Below are positions 49,201 through 61,500 of a stretch of 64,000 nt of DNA, piece after piece. Position numbers and translations under genes: made by a program. Every line of letters starts with the position of its first letter. The first letter of the stretch is position 1. The stretch comes from Marsupella aquatica (Eukaryota; Plantae; Marchantiophyta): assembly GCA_973895155.1 (NCBI GenBank), contig OZ316896.1:11088795-11152794 (forward strand). Direction: 5' to 3'. The notes beneath the pieces were generated by a model. That model saw only the letters and a program-made list of their open reading frames with translations, ran no database searches and was not told the DNA's origin.

Positions 49201-49284
49201 GACTGACATAGATTGTGTCCGGAGAGGACTTTTATAGGGCTCAAGCTCAGCATTTTCGACAACCTGCAGTGGTAAATGTGTCAT
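46234..49284 (-). CDS. NPF: NPF (NRT1/PTR) family proton-coupled transporter
   Basis: Exons: start-49071, 48764-48547, 48293-47707, 47164-46234, all GT-AG and frame-consistent. Motifs GWKTAPFIFGGEFGER (ExxER), GAFLADAYLGRF, GSGGVKPCVAVFGADQF, YFNWYY, PSGSPLT, FRYLDKAA, QVEELK, LQRIGVG, WLVPQY, EFFYDEAP. The start is uncertain: ATG 49284, ATG 49209, or a lone ATG exon at 49356-49354 spliced to 49263. Confidence 0.95.
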
Positions 49285-52230
49285 TCAGCTCACAGCCAGC
49301 ATATCGTAGCTCACTCTTAAGTTGGGTCTCAACCGTTGCCCACAATGCAATACCATTGAAATCACCTAGTCAAGGCTGGAGACTAGTTGCAAGGAGAAGG
49401 CATGATTGACAGAGCGACAATTAGCTTCCATGACAACCGATGATGTGTCCGTGAAGCTGTCGTTGAAATTCAACCTGATATGATTGTAGAAATGGTGAGG
49501 TGCAGACCATCATCACTGACACTTACGGGCTTGATGGGACTCGTTGCAGTGAACCTGACGCCCACCATTCTCCTTAAATCCTCTTGACGCCGCTGCCGGT
49601 CCAGATCTCCGGCCTCACTTCAGAGTTGGGGCGCGCCAGCACGAGAAATGAGCTGCTCCGATCTGTTGCAGATTTCTCAATTCAAGTGTTATTTTGGATC
49701 CTTCAGGCCAGCTCACTTGCCTCCTGCCTCGGTGGGCTCACCTACCTTTCCTTCAACGTAGATCAGACGTCGCCAAGCTGGAACGATCCTTCTTCCGTCC
49801 CGCTTCAAAGTGTCCTACGATACGAATGCAAGGTTGACATTACGAATGCAAGGTTGACAGTTTGACCAATCAATTCATTGCCAGAACTTGCAATTTAAAA
49901 TGCTCTCGCCGTCACATCGAGGACTCCGCAGTTCGACATATATCATTATCTCTCCACTCAGCATTTCTGATCCGATGGAAACTCAGTCTCTCTCACTTGC
50001 TGTCTCTCTGGGTCATAACTTGCAACTCGTCCGAGAACACCACAGTTCGATATATCGCTCACTACCCACTCACTCAGCATTACCATTACTACTGGATCGA
50101 TCGATGGAAAGTCGGGCTCTTCGAAAGAGAACGAAGCTGTTACAGTGCATGGTCTTACGAGGGTCCCGAATGTGAGGGCACGGGCCTCGTCTGATTCGGG
50201 TGCGGTAGCAAATGACTACCTGCCACGCAGTTCCACGGACCATTAGGCGAGGGGCAGGGAGGGAGGTACTCCAGGATTCCAGGGAACCGTGCGCCAGGAG
50301 AACCTCGTGACGGCGAGGACACGGATTCATGCGTACTCCCACCCCCACCCTCTGGGTGTCACAGCCAGCTCTCACATGCGACATTCGAACACAGGACCGG
50401 CCCCATTATTTTAATTATTTGCATGAGAATGAGATTAAAGGGGTCCATTGTAGGATTGGGACAGTCCTTCTGCAAGTGACCTTTTTATTTCTTTTAGTTT
50501 TAAATGTAAATGCAAAGGTGGCCCAAAGGGTAACAAGGCGAAGGCCAAGGACAGAGAAAAATAGCATAAGGGGAAAATGACACACCATCAGGATTTGTAG
50601 CGCCGGATCAGAAGTTACCAACTCGGCCACACAGTCACCCACTAAATCAGCTTGGGCCAAGAGACAGTGGGTCAGGGTCAACCACCTATCATGAGTCCAG
50701 TAACCCAACCTGGAGATGCAGTGGGCAGACACCACCCACTTGACAGGCAAAGTACTAGAGCTAGTGGTCCTATGATGCCAAGGATAATTTGGATTCTGCC
50801 CCATACAAGGATCCTTATCAATGGCACAAGGACCACTCCTACCAAGTGTGCTCTCAATTTCATGTAAAACCAATTAAAGTGGACTGGATACTTGTATGAA
50901 TTGTTTGGATCCAGGTTTTGATGAACTCTAAAAGCAAACAACTTATTCGCTCACAATCACTACTTGAGTACGCGATTCAATAACTTGCAGAACATGCAGC
51001 TACACTCCCCCCAAAAAATATTTCAGCTTTTCACAGTCTCCGATTTCCTGTCCTCTCCTGTTGGCAATATTGGAAGAGACTGGCCATTTGTTGTCTGGTT
51101 ATTCTTGTAAAACTCCCTAAACACAAGGAAGAAGGAAAACTCGCTAAACTAGAACCTGGTGCCCAGGGATATGGAGAAAAACTTATTTTTTCTCAAGTTA
51201 GATTTTTCAATAATTATGGAGAATTTTTCTCTTTTAATCTAAATTCCATACTTAGTTATGGGAAACAAAATCTGGGTTGGTAAAGTCCCATATTAAGAGT
51301 GCAGGCAAAGGCAAAGATTTCCTAAACCAAACTAAATGTCTACAGCTCCAGCCCCATACCATGCTATCCATAACATATATGAATGATCGATATACCTGCT
51401 CAGCTTCTATGGGCCTGACGATACTTTGCACGCCAAAACAACAGACTCCTAAACTCCCATATACCATAGATTTCTTTTTCTTTTTTAGTCTTGGAAAGTT
51501 TTCCTAATTATGGTAGTCGCACCTAGCATGAAGCATAGTAGTAAGGTTATAAACTTTGTAAGTTGCTAGGTTATAAACTTTGTAGGTTGTCAAGTAAACA
51601 TTTTAAGCCTTCAAAGACAATTTCAAGCTAGAATTCTTCTCATATTAATAGAACTTACCACTGTTTAGATTGCAAGACTAAAAGTGCATGGAATTGTCTT
51701 TGTTAATTGAGAAAGCCAACTTTTTATGAAGCATAGAATCTTCCTCTCCTAATAGTTAAATGACTAAATAATACTAATACTTGCATTCAGCAAATGATTC
51801 TTGCTCAACCCCTGAGCTTAGCATCCCAATATAGTGTTTAAATACTTTCTCTATATAGGATGATGACACATATATTTACATCAAGCACTATAATATCGGA
51901 TCCTGCCAAAAACGTACGCTTGTCCATTTGCTGTCTAGTTTGACCCGATGATTACGTATTCTAATAAATACAACGTTGTCAGTCTAAAGTGATCTAGAGT
52001 CTCGAGGCTCTCATTTGGTTTGTCTCATTATGTGCCAACATTACTCTAGGTGACTTAATTAGAGCAAACCACATTTAGAAGCCCTAGGCTTCCTACAATT
52101 TCAGAGTACCCTATTCAAATCCTGGGTAGTTCAACTGATTGACTATGCTCAACTCAATCAAAAGTTGACTCACCCTGATCAATTTGGCCACAATACATAC
52201 AATTCTAGTGTATCTGAATTTCTATACAGA

Positions 52231-52450
52231 ATGGTTACCAGTGTGTAACCATTTTAGAAAATATTTGTTATTCCCATAATGTCTTGCTAGGGAGTAACCT
52301 TTTTCCTGATAATAAGTATGTTCTATAATGGAGGTCTGGGCAGGGGTTCAAACCTGAACCTGTTCCAAAAAAAACCAGAAACATTCCCCTACTGGTGCCA
52401 ATCAGGTTTTCCCTCACTTTCTGGGCATAGGGTTACCTGACTAGGCCACC
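52231..52450 (+). repeat. Dispersed double-hairpin repeat family, copy C
   Basis: ATGGTTAC-CAGTGT-GTAACCAT, then GTAACCTTTTTCCTG, TAATGGAGGTCTGGGCAGGGGTT and a final GGGTTAC, in the same order as copy B. Confidence 0.65.
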
Positions 52451-53335
52451 ATTAGTTTACTTGACCTGCAGGCGGCCATTATCCTATACCTGAGTTGAGT
52501 TGTGAACGGAGTGACATGTATGCATACAACGCTCACAAAATAGAGGGCGCGGGCCCCGTGCATGGCGCCTTGACTTCATTCAAGTCTAGAATCCTACTAC
52601 AGGACGTACCGTAGCTCGAGATGGTCGCCAGTCGTGAAATGTGGATTGGTTTGGAACCTCGTACTGGCTCACGGGCCAGGATCACCGTCGATCTTTGAAA
52701 TAGAGGGTTTAGATCTGATGAACGCCAGGTCCGGGAGCTCGACGAGCGTCGTATTTCCGTGTTCGAACGACGGGAAAGGGAAATACACCATAGACGAACT
52801 CAGTGTAGTTTGATCTTGCGCCATGCGTCTTTCTGTTGATTGCTTCAGCAACCGAGATCGTTTTTGTCAGGCGGCAACTCTCGGCCTCTGTTCGGCATCA
52901 GTTGGGACGGAAAACGCGGCAAGAGCTTCGGGTGGCATGGCGGTGCTTGGGGAATGTCGATCGAATTGAAGAGTGTCGAGAATTTGAGCTTCACGGACAC
53001 GGGTTTGAAGGGGTTTCGAGCATGAACGATCGGGATGCACGCGGAGTACGTTTGGGGAATGCAGTAGTTTTCAATAATTCAAGAACTTGGTCGGGCTGCG
53101 AGACCTTCGGAATTTAGTTTCTCTTTCGTGACAGACGACAAGTTAATATGCTCAATTAAGGCGTCGGGAGGTCAGCTCATCGAACTTGTTAAATCTCGTA
53201 CGAATGATTCCAATCTGAGGTCTTTGAAGATTATGCTTTGGACCGCCACGCCCTAAGTTCCGGAGGCTTGGCGAGATACAGGGGCGATCGTCTGTTAACT
53301 GTTGCCTCGAGACTTTGTTCCATTTATTTCTGATC

Positions 53336-55688
53336 ATGGAAAATAAGATCCATAAGCAAGGCAAGGAATGTGAGGTTGACGAACCAGATTCTCTGTGTGG
53401 CCAATCTGTAGCGATGGAGATGAAATGGAGTCCGTTAAAGAAGTACTCCATGCTCTTCCTTCTCCTGCTGGTCGTCAGCTTCAGTTCAACTGTCACCACA
53501 TTGCGAAATTATGTCCTACCTTCAGACCGACTTGGTGAGTCTTTCTTCCTAATCTCATGTCCCGCTGATCGACCATTACTTGCATGCCCATATAGACCGC
53601 CGATAAGCACTCACAGCCATCTGACGTCGACTGGCTCGGCAGTTGCTCAATGGTAATGAGCAGAACTCCTGTCTATACGAGGTAATTAACTAGTTCTAGC
53701 TCTATGCGTTATTGTCATTCTTCTCTCGTTTGACCTGAACAATTTTGCATTTGGCAGCGTCAACGAAGCTCAAAACACTCCAACCATCTGGGACTGGTAC
53801 TGCTCAATGGAGAACTTTGTCTGTCAGAATGAATTAGTCAACGAGTTTTCTCTCTATCGCCTAAATGTTGGTACACAATAGTTTCTCTTAAACAATTCTA
53901 CTTACAGTCTACAAGAAATTAAAATCACACCCCTTCGGTAACCAACTCTCACGTCTCGTTGCTGTACGGATCCTGAACAATGTCACTATCTGTGATATCA
54001 AATCTAATTATGCAGCTATGCTTATTGTGATCAAGAACATTTGATATCAATTACAGCCTTGAGAATCTACGTACATGATTGTCGAGATAATGATGTGCAG
54101 ACACAGGCCAACCTGCAGAAGCTTCTAGGCTAGCTCAGACTCGTATAGGTGACGAGACCTTCTGGTGTGATCGCTCAGACAACCGAACGGATGTCTGTTA
54201 CATGCGCGGCGATGTGCATTTGCTCCCGGGAAATTCAAGTTCTTTAGTACTATATTCTCCAATCAAGGAACGCTGCCGCGGTGGGGAGGAGATCATTCGG
54301 CCTTATCCTCGGAAGTGGGACAATCTGACATTACGCGATGTAGCGCCGGTGGTGTTGAAAAACGAGCTCGTGGATATGAACCAGCATTTCTTAATCGATC
54401 ACGACGTTGATTGCGAAGTTGTCCACGTACATCCATTGCTTGTGTTCTCCATTGGAGGTTTTACGGGAAATCCTTACCACGACTTCAATGACGTACTCAT
54501 TCCCGTTTTTATAAATTCTCGAAAATACCATGGCGACGTGGTATTCGGTATAGTAGATGTCGGCGACTGGTGGCTAGAGAAATTCTATGCAATTTTTAGA
54601 CTCCTGACGAAACAGAAGATCATCAATATCAAAACTGCAGACCAGATTCACTGTTTTCGAGAGGCAACTGTCGGTCTCCGTGTTCATGCAGAGCTTGGAA
54701 TTCTCCCCTCTCAAATGTCCCACAACGAAACGATCAAGGACTTTCAGAAACTTCTGCACCAGGCATACGGACGACCTGACTCTGAAGAATCGCTTTCCAA
54801 TGTGTCCAGCGACTGTCTATTGTCTAAGGTCAAACCGTTCAGCGGAAGCCGCCATTGCAACTTGAAGTTAGTCCTATTCGCTCGCAAACGATCCCGAATG
54901 ATTTTGAACGAGGATCAAGTGGTGAAATTGGCTCGAGGAGAGGGCTTTGAAGTAGAAGTGCTCGAACCGTCATCGGAGACGGATATAGCAAATATATATA
55001 GGTACGCTTTCTGTGCACGAATTCTTTGTTTGAAGTGTCTTGTAGCCCGCGCGTAGACACGACGTTCCTTAATAGTCGAAGGATGACTGTGATTTCAAGC
55101 CTATCAGCTTATCGCGCTGTTAAAGTGACTACTTAGTCTGTTCAAAGGTTTCCCAGCCCTCGATCATCTGCAATTCTTCAACTGGCCATTTCCTCTTCTC
55201 GTTTTGTCTGTTCTTTCGGCAAGCCATTCTACCTCTCGTCCCTTCGCGCAGGGGATCCGCGGACAAATCCTAATCACGCATTTTTATTGATAAACAGGTC
55301 GCTACATGATGCCAATGTTATGATAGGTGTTCATGGAGCGGCATTAACTCACATACTATTCATGCGACCGCGGTCAGTTTTCATACAAGTTGTCCCTCTC
55401 GGGACTGACTGGCCTGCGTACACCTATTACCAGGAGCCTGCCGAGAACAGGTTGGACCTGCAGTACCTGCAGTACCGGATAACTCCTGAAGAAAGCACAC
55501 TCACTCGCACTTACAGTGCTGACAATCTTGTTGTGACGGATCCAGAGGCCTTCGTTTTGAACAACTGGGAGGCTCGTAAGAAAATTTATTTGGAAGGACA
55601 AGACGTACTACTCTCGCCACCTAAAGTGCTCTCCACTCTTCGTGAGGCTAAGAGACTTGCGCTCTACGCATTCCCAGAAAGCAGATAG
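53336..55688 (+). CDS. Glycosyltransferase family 61 (type II Golgi membrane; xylan arabinosyl/xylosyl transferase-like)
   Basis: Exons 53336-53534 (TM anchor), 53758-53796 (39 nt), 54101-55001 and 55298-55688. Motifs CDRSDNRTDVCYMRGDV, IRPYPRKWD, GGFTGNPYHDFNDVLIP, HCFREATVGL and MIGVHGAALTHILFMRPRSVFIQVVPLG. Confidence 0.93.
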
Positions 55689-58575
55689 CCGTTCGGAGCC
55701 ATAGTACTCTACATGTATATTTGCGAGTGAGTACAGCCCCTTTGCGCGTACTCTGTGTTGGACCGTGAATCTGATCGATCGGATCATGTCATTTGAGTTG
55801 GACTTTGAATTAGATACTAGATTGGATGAATCAGCATGAACAGACCATAGAAGGCTTTTCAAGAATCTTAGATATCGTACACAAGGCGCACATTTATCGA
55901 GAGATAACGAAATTATAACGAGGATACCTCGCGTAAACGCTGCTATCCCGTGACTCTTTTCTTTGAATCGCACCAGATGTCATGCAAAGGACAGAGGAAT
56001 CACTCTGACGATGCTGTCGAAATGATAGCTACTAGCCATGGCTTCAGTTTGTCGTATCATGACTTGTTGGCCGCAATTTACTGGTTCATTCGCATTTTGC
56101 TCAAACGACGTACCGACCAGCCGGGTTACTGGTTTAAATGAAATTTTTGTTCCAATTGACTATAATGCTACAAAGCCCTTTTATATTGTACGTACAGGAC
56201 TCATCTGAATCGCAGAAGCTCGTGATTAAGTTTCCCTATATTTAATCTGCCTCTGGTTCTTAGGATGTGTCAATCCGTGTGCGACATTTGTGCAAGGGCA
56301 GAACGACAAATGCTCTTCAATATGCAGGTCGTCTCCGGGCGGCATTCATTCTCTCCAGAACTAAGAACCAAGGTTCTTGGACATCTAAGGCTTTGGTCAG
56401 TGTGATCCGTCCAATTTTGGGGAGCTGTTTACGACTCAATTGTCGAAGCAAAACGCCGTCATGTATCTTTTTCGAAGGGTCGACAACAGTATCATGTTGT
56501 CTGAAGGGTATCACGGAAAGGATTTGCGTTGCAGGGATCTGCTAGCACTTCGATTCTCAGAATCAGCAACGTGACCGCAAAAATCGGGCAAATCCAGAAA
56601 TGTCCGGCAGGCGAAGGAGTAAACGACGTCCAGTTGATCTTCACACCCTAAATACACTTGACAGCAGTCACAATTTGATTTGATAGGTTTTCTAACAGGA
56701 TCCGTTGTCTAACCACGGGACCTTGGTGAGTTCATTTCAAGATCAGGACGCAAACACAAAGACGGCGCTGGAAATCTTCTATAGATTGTACCAAGGTACA
56801 GGACGAATTGCAGTACCATATATATCTGTTCCAACAGATCGGTACAGCGCTCTTGTGACATTGGGGAGAATGAACATTGCATGCCGTCGGCAGATGTGGC
56901 GTACGCACGAACAACCCAGCATCAAAAGTGTTCTACACAACGACAAGTGAATGTCCTGTAGATTGGCAAGACATCATTGCTAAAGTCGAGAGGTATACTT
57001 GGTACGAACGGTCCTCAAACGACGGAGAAAACAGAATGGCCAAAGGCTTGAGGGTGATACAGTTTATGTGCTGCGATTTTCCGAGAGATTTTCTCGACCG
57101 AATTGCTCCCAGTTCAAGCCGATATATCGACCCTAATTAACTGCTTTGAAGTCATTCACGTTGTCCTGAAATCTTTCTATCAATCAATTCACATCAATAG
57201 GAGTCGCACTTCTTTACCACATAGGAGTTCGACAAGTTCGACAAATGTTCCTGTGTTAGTCTGTTCAGTACTTTACTACTCCATGTGATGAATTGTTGAA
57301 AATAGAACACCTAGTTTAGACATATGCCCCACGTCTAACTATACAAGCGGTTTGCAGTACAGTGGCCTGCAGTTGCATGGCGCTGTGTCCCCAGCACTAC
57401 TTGTAGGCTAAATATGTTTTTTTCCAGAATGTAGGATTTCTGCGATCTATGGTATGGGTCGAGGAGGTTCTCGTGTGCAATTATATGGCAGACTCGGAAC
57501 CCCTTCGTTCTTTTTTTTCCTTTCTAGTTTCAAGGGCCGTCCCCATCCATAATGCCCTTCATGATTTTTCTCCACTTATATTTCAGGGTCCAAGTCCCAT
57601 AATGCCCTTCATTTTTTCTTTGTACGAGCCTAATGCCCATTCCTTTTCTCTACTTAGATTTCAGGGTCCAAGTCCCTTAATGCCCTTCATTATTTCTTTG
57701 TGAGAGCCCATTCTGGAATGTAAACGGATTACAACCATCATTTGACATACATCATACTTTCCATCCCCATAGTGGGCCCTAGAAGCATGGTCTAGAGGCC
57801 CTTCACTCTATAAGCCTAGATCCCAACCTTAACTTAAATTTATTAGTACTAGTATTTGTCAGGGCCTTATTGGAGAAAATGGACACTAGAGATGTGGATG
57901 GGCTCACTCTTAATGGTCTGACCTCTACCTTTACTAAAATTGGTAGAAATAAAAGTAAATAAATAAACATAAAAATTGGTAGAAAAAAAAGTAAATAAAT
58001 AAAAATAAAAATTGGTAGAAATTTTAAAAATAGCACTTTGAAAATCGACCTGAGTTTCATCATTTGTGGGCTAAGATATGTTCATTAGAGCGCTGCAACA
58101 CAACTCTCGAGTGTAACTCTTCAATCTGACACCAGACTCAACAGAATAGCGCATATTCCCTCTTTCGAGCTTCTGTAATGCGGTCTTTGAAAAATGCTAG
58201 ATACATGCGTCAAAGTGACTTCCAGCCCCTCCTGCTTACTTGGAATGTTCCAAGAAAGAACATGGCAATATGGGCTCAAACTAATCATAGTCGCCCTCCT
58301 CAAGGTAGCTTAATTACATAGTAAGGCAGGCAAGCTATTCAGAAATCGATCGTTGCATCTATCATGGCTTGGGAGGTGCATATGGTACTCAGACGATATG
58401 AATATTTCATACCTCTGGAAATGTATTTTCTGCAAACAGTTGTACCAAATCCGTGTGGGAACATTTGAGGCTTCTCGGTAATTAGACTCTCAATGTCAAT
58501 AGATATGATATGGAATAGCTTGTAGCATAGACTGTAAGACGATCTACCTCTATGTGAGGCTACATCATGTTTGTA

Positions 58576-61500
58576 TCAAGAGAAGCCTTTCCATGGTCCA
58601 TTAAAGTCAGCAGCTTCGGCAATGACTCTCACATCGTCAGATTCCTTCTTGATGAGATCAAAATGTTGCAACACAGCATTTTGAAGTGAAGCGTGCAGTC
58701 CCTTGGGCTGCGAGATCCTTTCGTCTGAGCCACGAATTTCTGAGAGATGCTGTAACAACTGGTCCACCAATGTGTAGGGAAACCACACGCCACATGCTTG
58801 CTTCCGCTTGATGATATCACCTGGTCTAAGCCGTGTTGCTGCTTGTAAATACTCCAACAGCAAGTACGTTGCTTCCACATATCGTTCATGGTTTAGGTAA
58901 ATTCGGAGAAGTGCTGCGGGATCTGCTACCGAACTTCCTGAACTCATTCCCCTAGAATCCTTCCCACCCTTGAAGGTGTTGATGAGCCACAGTGGAAGCT
59001 CCATATGTTTGTCAACAGAAAGTATGGTATCTGCCACAACAGTCCTAATGTTGGGATGTAACTTCCAATACTTTTCAAGGTACTCCTGCAACGAATGCCA
59101 GGCACTTTTCGCCGCAATGCCACTCTGAAAAAACTTCGGATGTGTTCTGATCTCAGTGGATAGGACACCATACGGCTCAAGCTCGTTTGAAGGAGAATCT
59201 GGAACGAGTGCTAAAGCTCGCAAATCTTCCGGAATTTTATGTGGACTAGTAGATCCCGTCCCCAACTGAAGCAAACAGCATTTCCTTGCCATGACCTCAA
59301 ATACGGTCTCCAACTCCCTCTGCTGTGACGAATCCTTCCAGCAGAGGAAAACAAGAGAGAAAGCCATTTCGTAGAGGCCATGCTGCAGTAATGAAAGCAC
59401 CACTTCTGACGGTGGCACATTTACCCCAAGACAAGAGCTCTTAGCATCGGCACTCAAGAGCTGGACTCTTGCCAGAGTAAGGGCATGCTCCTTCACAAGA
59501 TTTTCAACATCAATGGTCTTTCTTTCATTGGCCTGAGTCCTGTTTGCATGAATCATCTTACCATTTGAAACGTTGTCTCCTGAGATCCTTTGTCGTTTAA
59601 TTGGGGAGAGCCATTCAATACGGCTACCCACCACCTCTTCTGAGGACTCCACTAGCTGTAAAGCATTGATGGCAGCAGCGAAGGCATCAAGTTGCTCTTT
59701 AAGGAGTGAAAGCGCTTGCGATTGCGATTTTGGTAGGCCCATATCTCTTAGACTCATACCATACTCGTACATATAACCTGCCGCTCTGCCCACGTTGTAG
59801 TGATGCATGTGTAGGGCATATAATAGTTTGTACAAACCGGCCTTCACACTCACGTCTGAGTTATGAGCCTTTGTAACCAGTTCCTCCTCAACTCTACTCA
59901 GTAGGCCACCATAAGGGAGCTCGTTTCCACACAGTGCTAGTGAAGCTTTGTGATCACACAAAACAATGATAAGCCGTCGGAGGCATATGTCCTTGCTCTC
60001 CTCATCAGGATTTGATATGATGGCACAATATGCATTTCCGTAGAGCTCTAAATCCAGGCAAAACTTGAACACATTGGCCCAAAGCCTGCCTTTGATCGTT
60101 ACGTTCGAATCATTGCCCGGATTTTCAATAACAGAGACACCAACTGCCTCATCGACTTGCTCAAGAGCCGCACGGGCAAACTGGCAGGCACCCTCACTCA
60201 GATTGTATTGATCAAATAATTGCATGACCCATTCAAAGTACTGGAGTCTCCAAGCTGATGTTGCTCCACGCCCTTGTAGCTGCTGCTGGGGCACAAAAAA
60301 CACGGTCTGGAGTTCCTTGTTTGCTTCCCCTATGCCTGATGCTGCTCTGAAGAAACATTGAATTGCTTCCCCGATATGCTTTTCCTTACTCGTGTTCTCC
60401 AGCACGGAATGAGCACGGGCCAGACTGCAGATTCCTAGAAGATGCAACCGTGCACTCCATTCACCATCAATGCTTGCAATCCCATCAGAGAGCTGCTGTT
60501 GCTTCGAGAATTGTTCGACGGCAGTCAGGAAGCTCTCCAAACTACCGTATTGACCGTGCTGAAGAAGGATCGATGACAGTGCTATGGCCCGTCCCGAGAA
60601 AGTGAGTGGATAACGATCAGAGCCTTCGCCGACAAGAAGCCAACCAACAAAGCGCGAAGCACAGTTGTGTAAGCTGTCCGGATCCGGTAGAGAATCGCTG
60701 CTAAATGTCTCCTGCACTTGAGCCGTCTCCAGAAACGCAGCAGCTAAAATCTCAGCCAAAGCCAATTCTCCAGCCCCTAGCATCTCAGGCTGGACTTTTT
60801 CTCCACGTGAACCGTCAATCTGCAATGATGACAACTGCAAGCTGCAATCCTCAGATGGAGGAACTTCGGCAAAAGTCACCGTAAGCCAGTGAAGTAGGAG
60901 ATCGATGGTAAGACCTGCCTTTACTTGGGGCAACAATTTAAGCTGAATTCTAGTCACCTCGCTTGGGGTGAGACCAACCTGGGCTTGGACTTTCACTAAG
61001 TAGGAGAGGAGCAGGAATAGATTGCGTGCAGCCTCAAAGTGTGTCCAAGAGATTTGGCAAGTGGCTTGAGCCAACATCTTTGTGGGGGCACTTCCCAAAG
61101 GCACAACAACACCCGAGGTTAAGGATGGCAATGCAGACTGAATAGGAAATACTAGATACTGCGAATACTTGGATACCACATCAAGCACGACCTCCCAGCT
61201 ACCAGCGGCCACTTGTAATGACTGCAAAGCCTGAGAAATATGTAATGCAAACTTCCTCTGCCGCTGATGGTGCTGCTGCATCTTGGCCCGTATCCCATCC
61301 ACGCCAAAAGCAAGGTTTACCTGTGTAGAATCCAGTGGAGTGTATCCAACGTCCAATATTAGCATAAAACTCGAAGTCAGACCATCCAGAGAATAGCTCG
61401 GTGGTCTCAACAAAGCCTCGTGGAAAACCCCAAGAGCCATTTGACCCAGATGGCCAGTCATAGTTTCCAAGCATGTCAATATGCCACTGAGCACCGCCAG

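Noticed and set aside
53638-53700. tRNA-like D-arm (GCTCAATGGTAATGAGC) in GT61 intron 1
   Set aside because: No T-arm/B-box or acceptor stem follows.
56267-57288. Cluster of short ORFs between GT61 and NUP160
   Set aside because: No motif or consistent exon chain; probably UTR or intergenic sequence.
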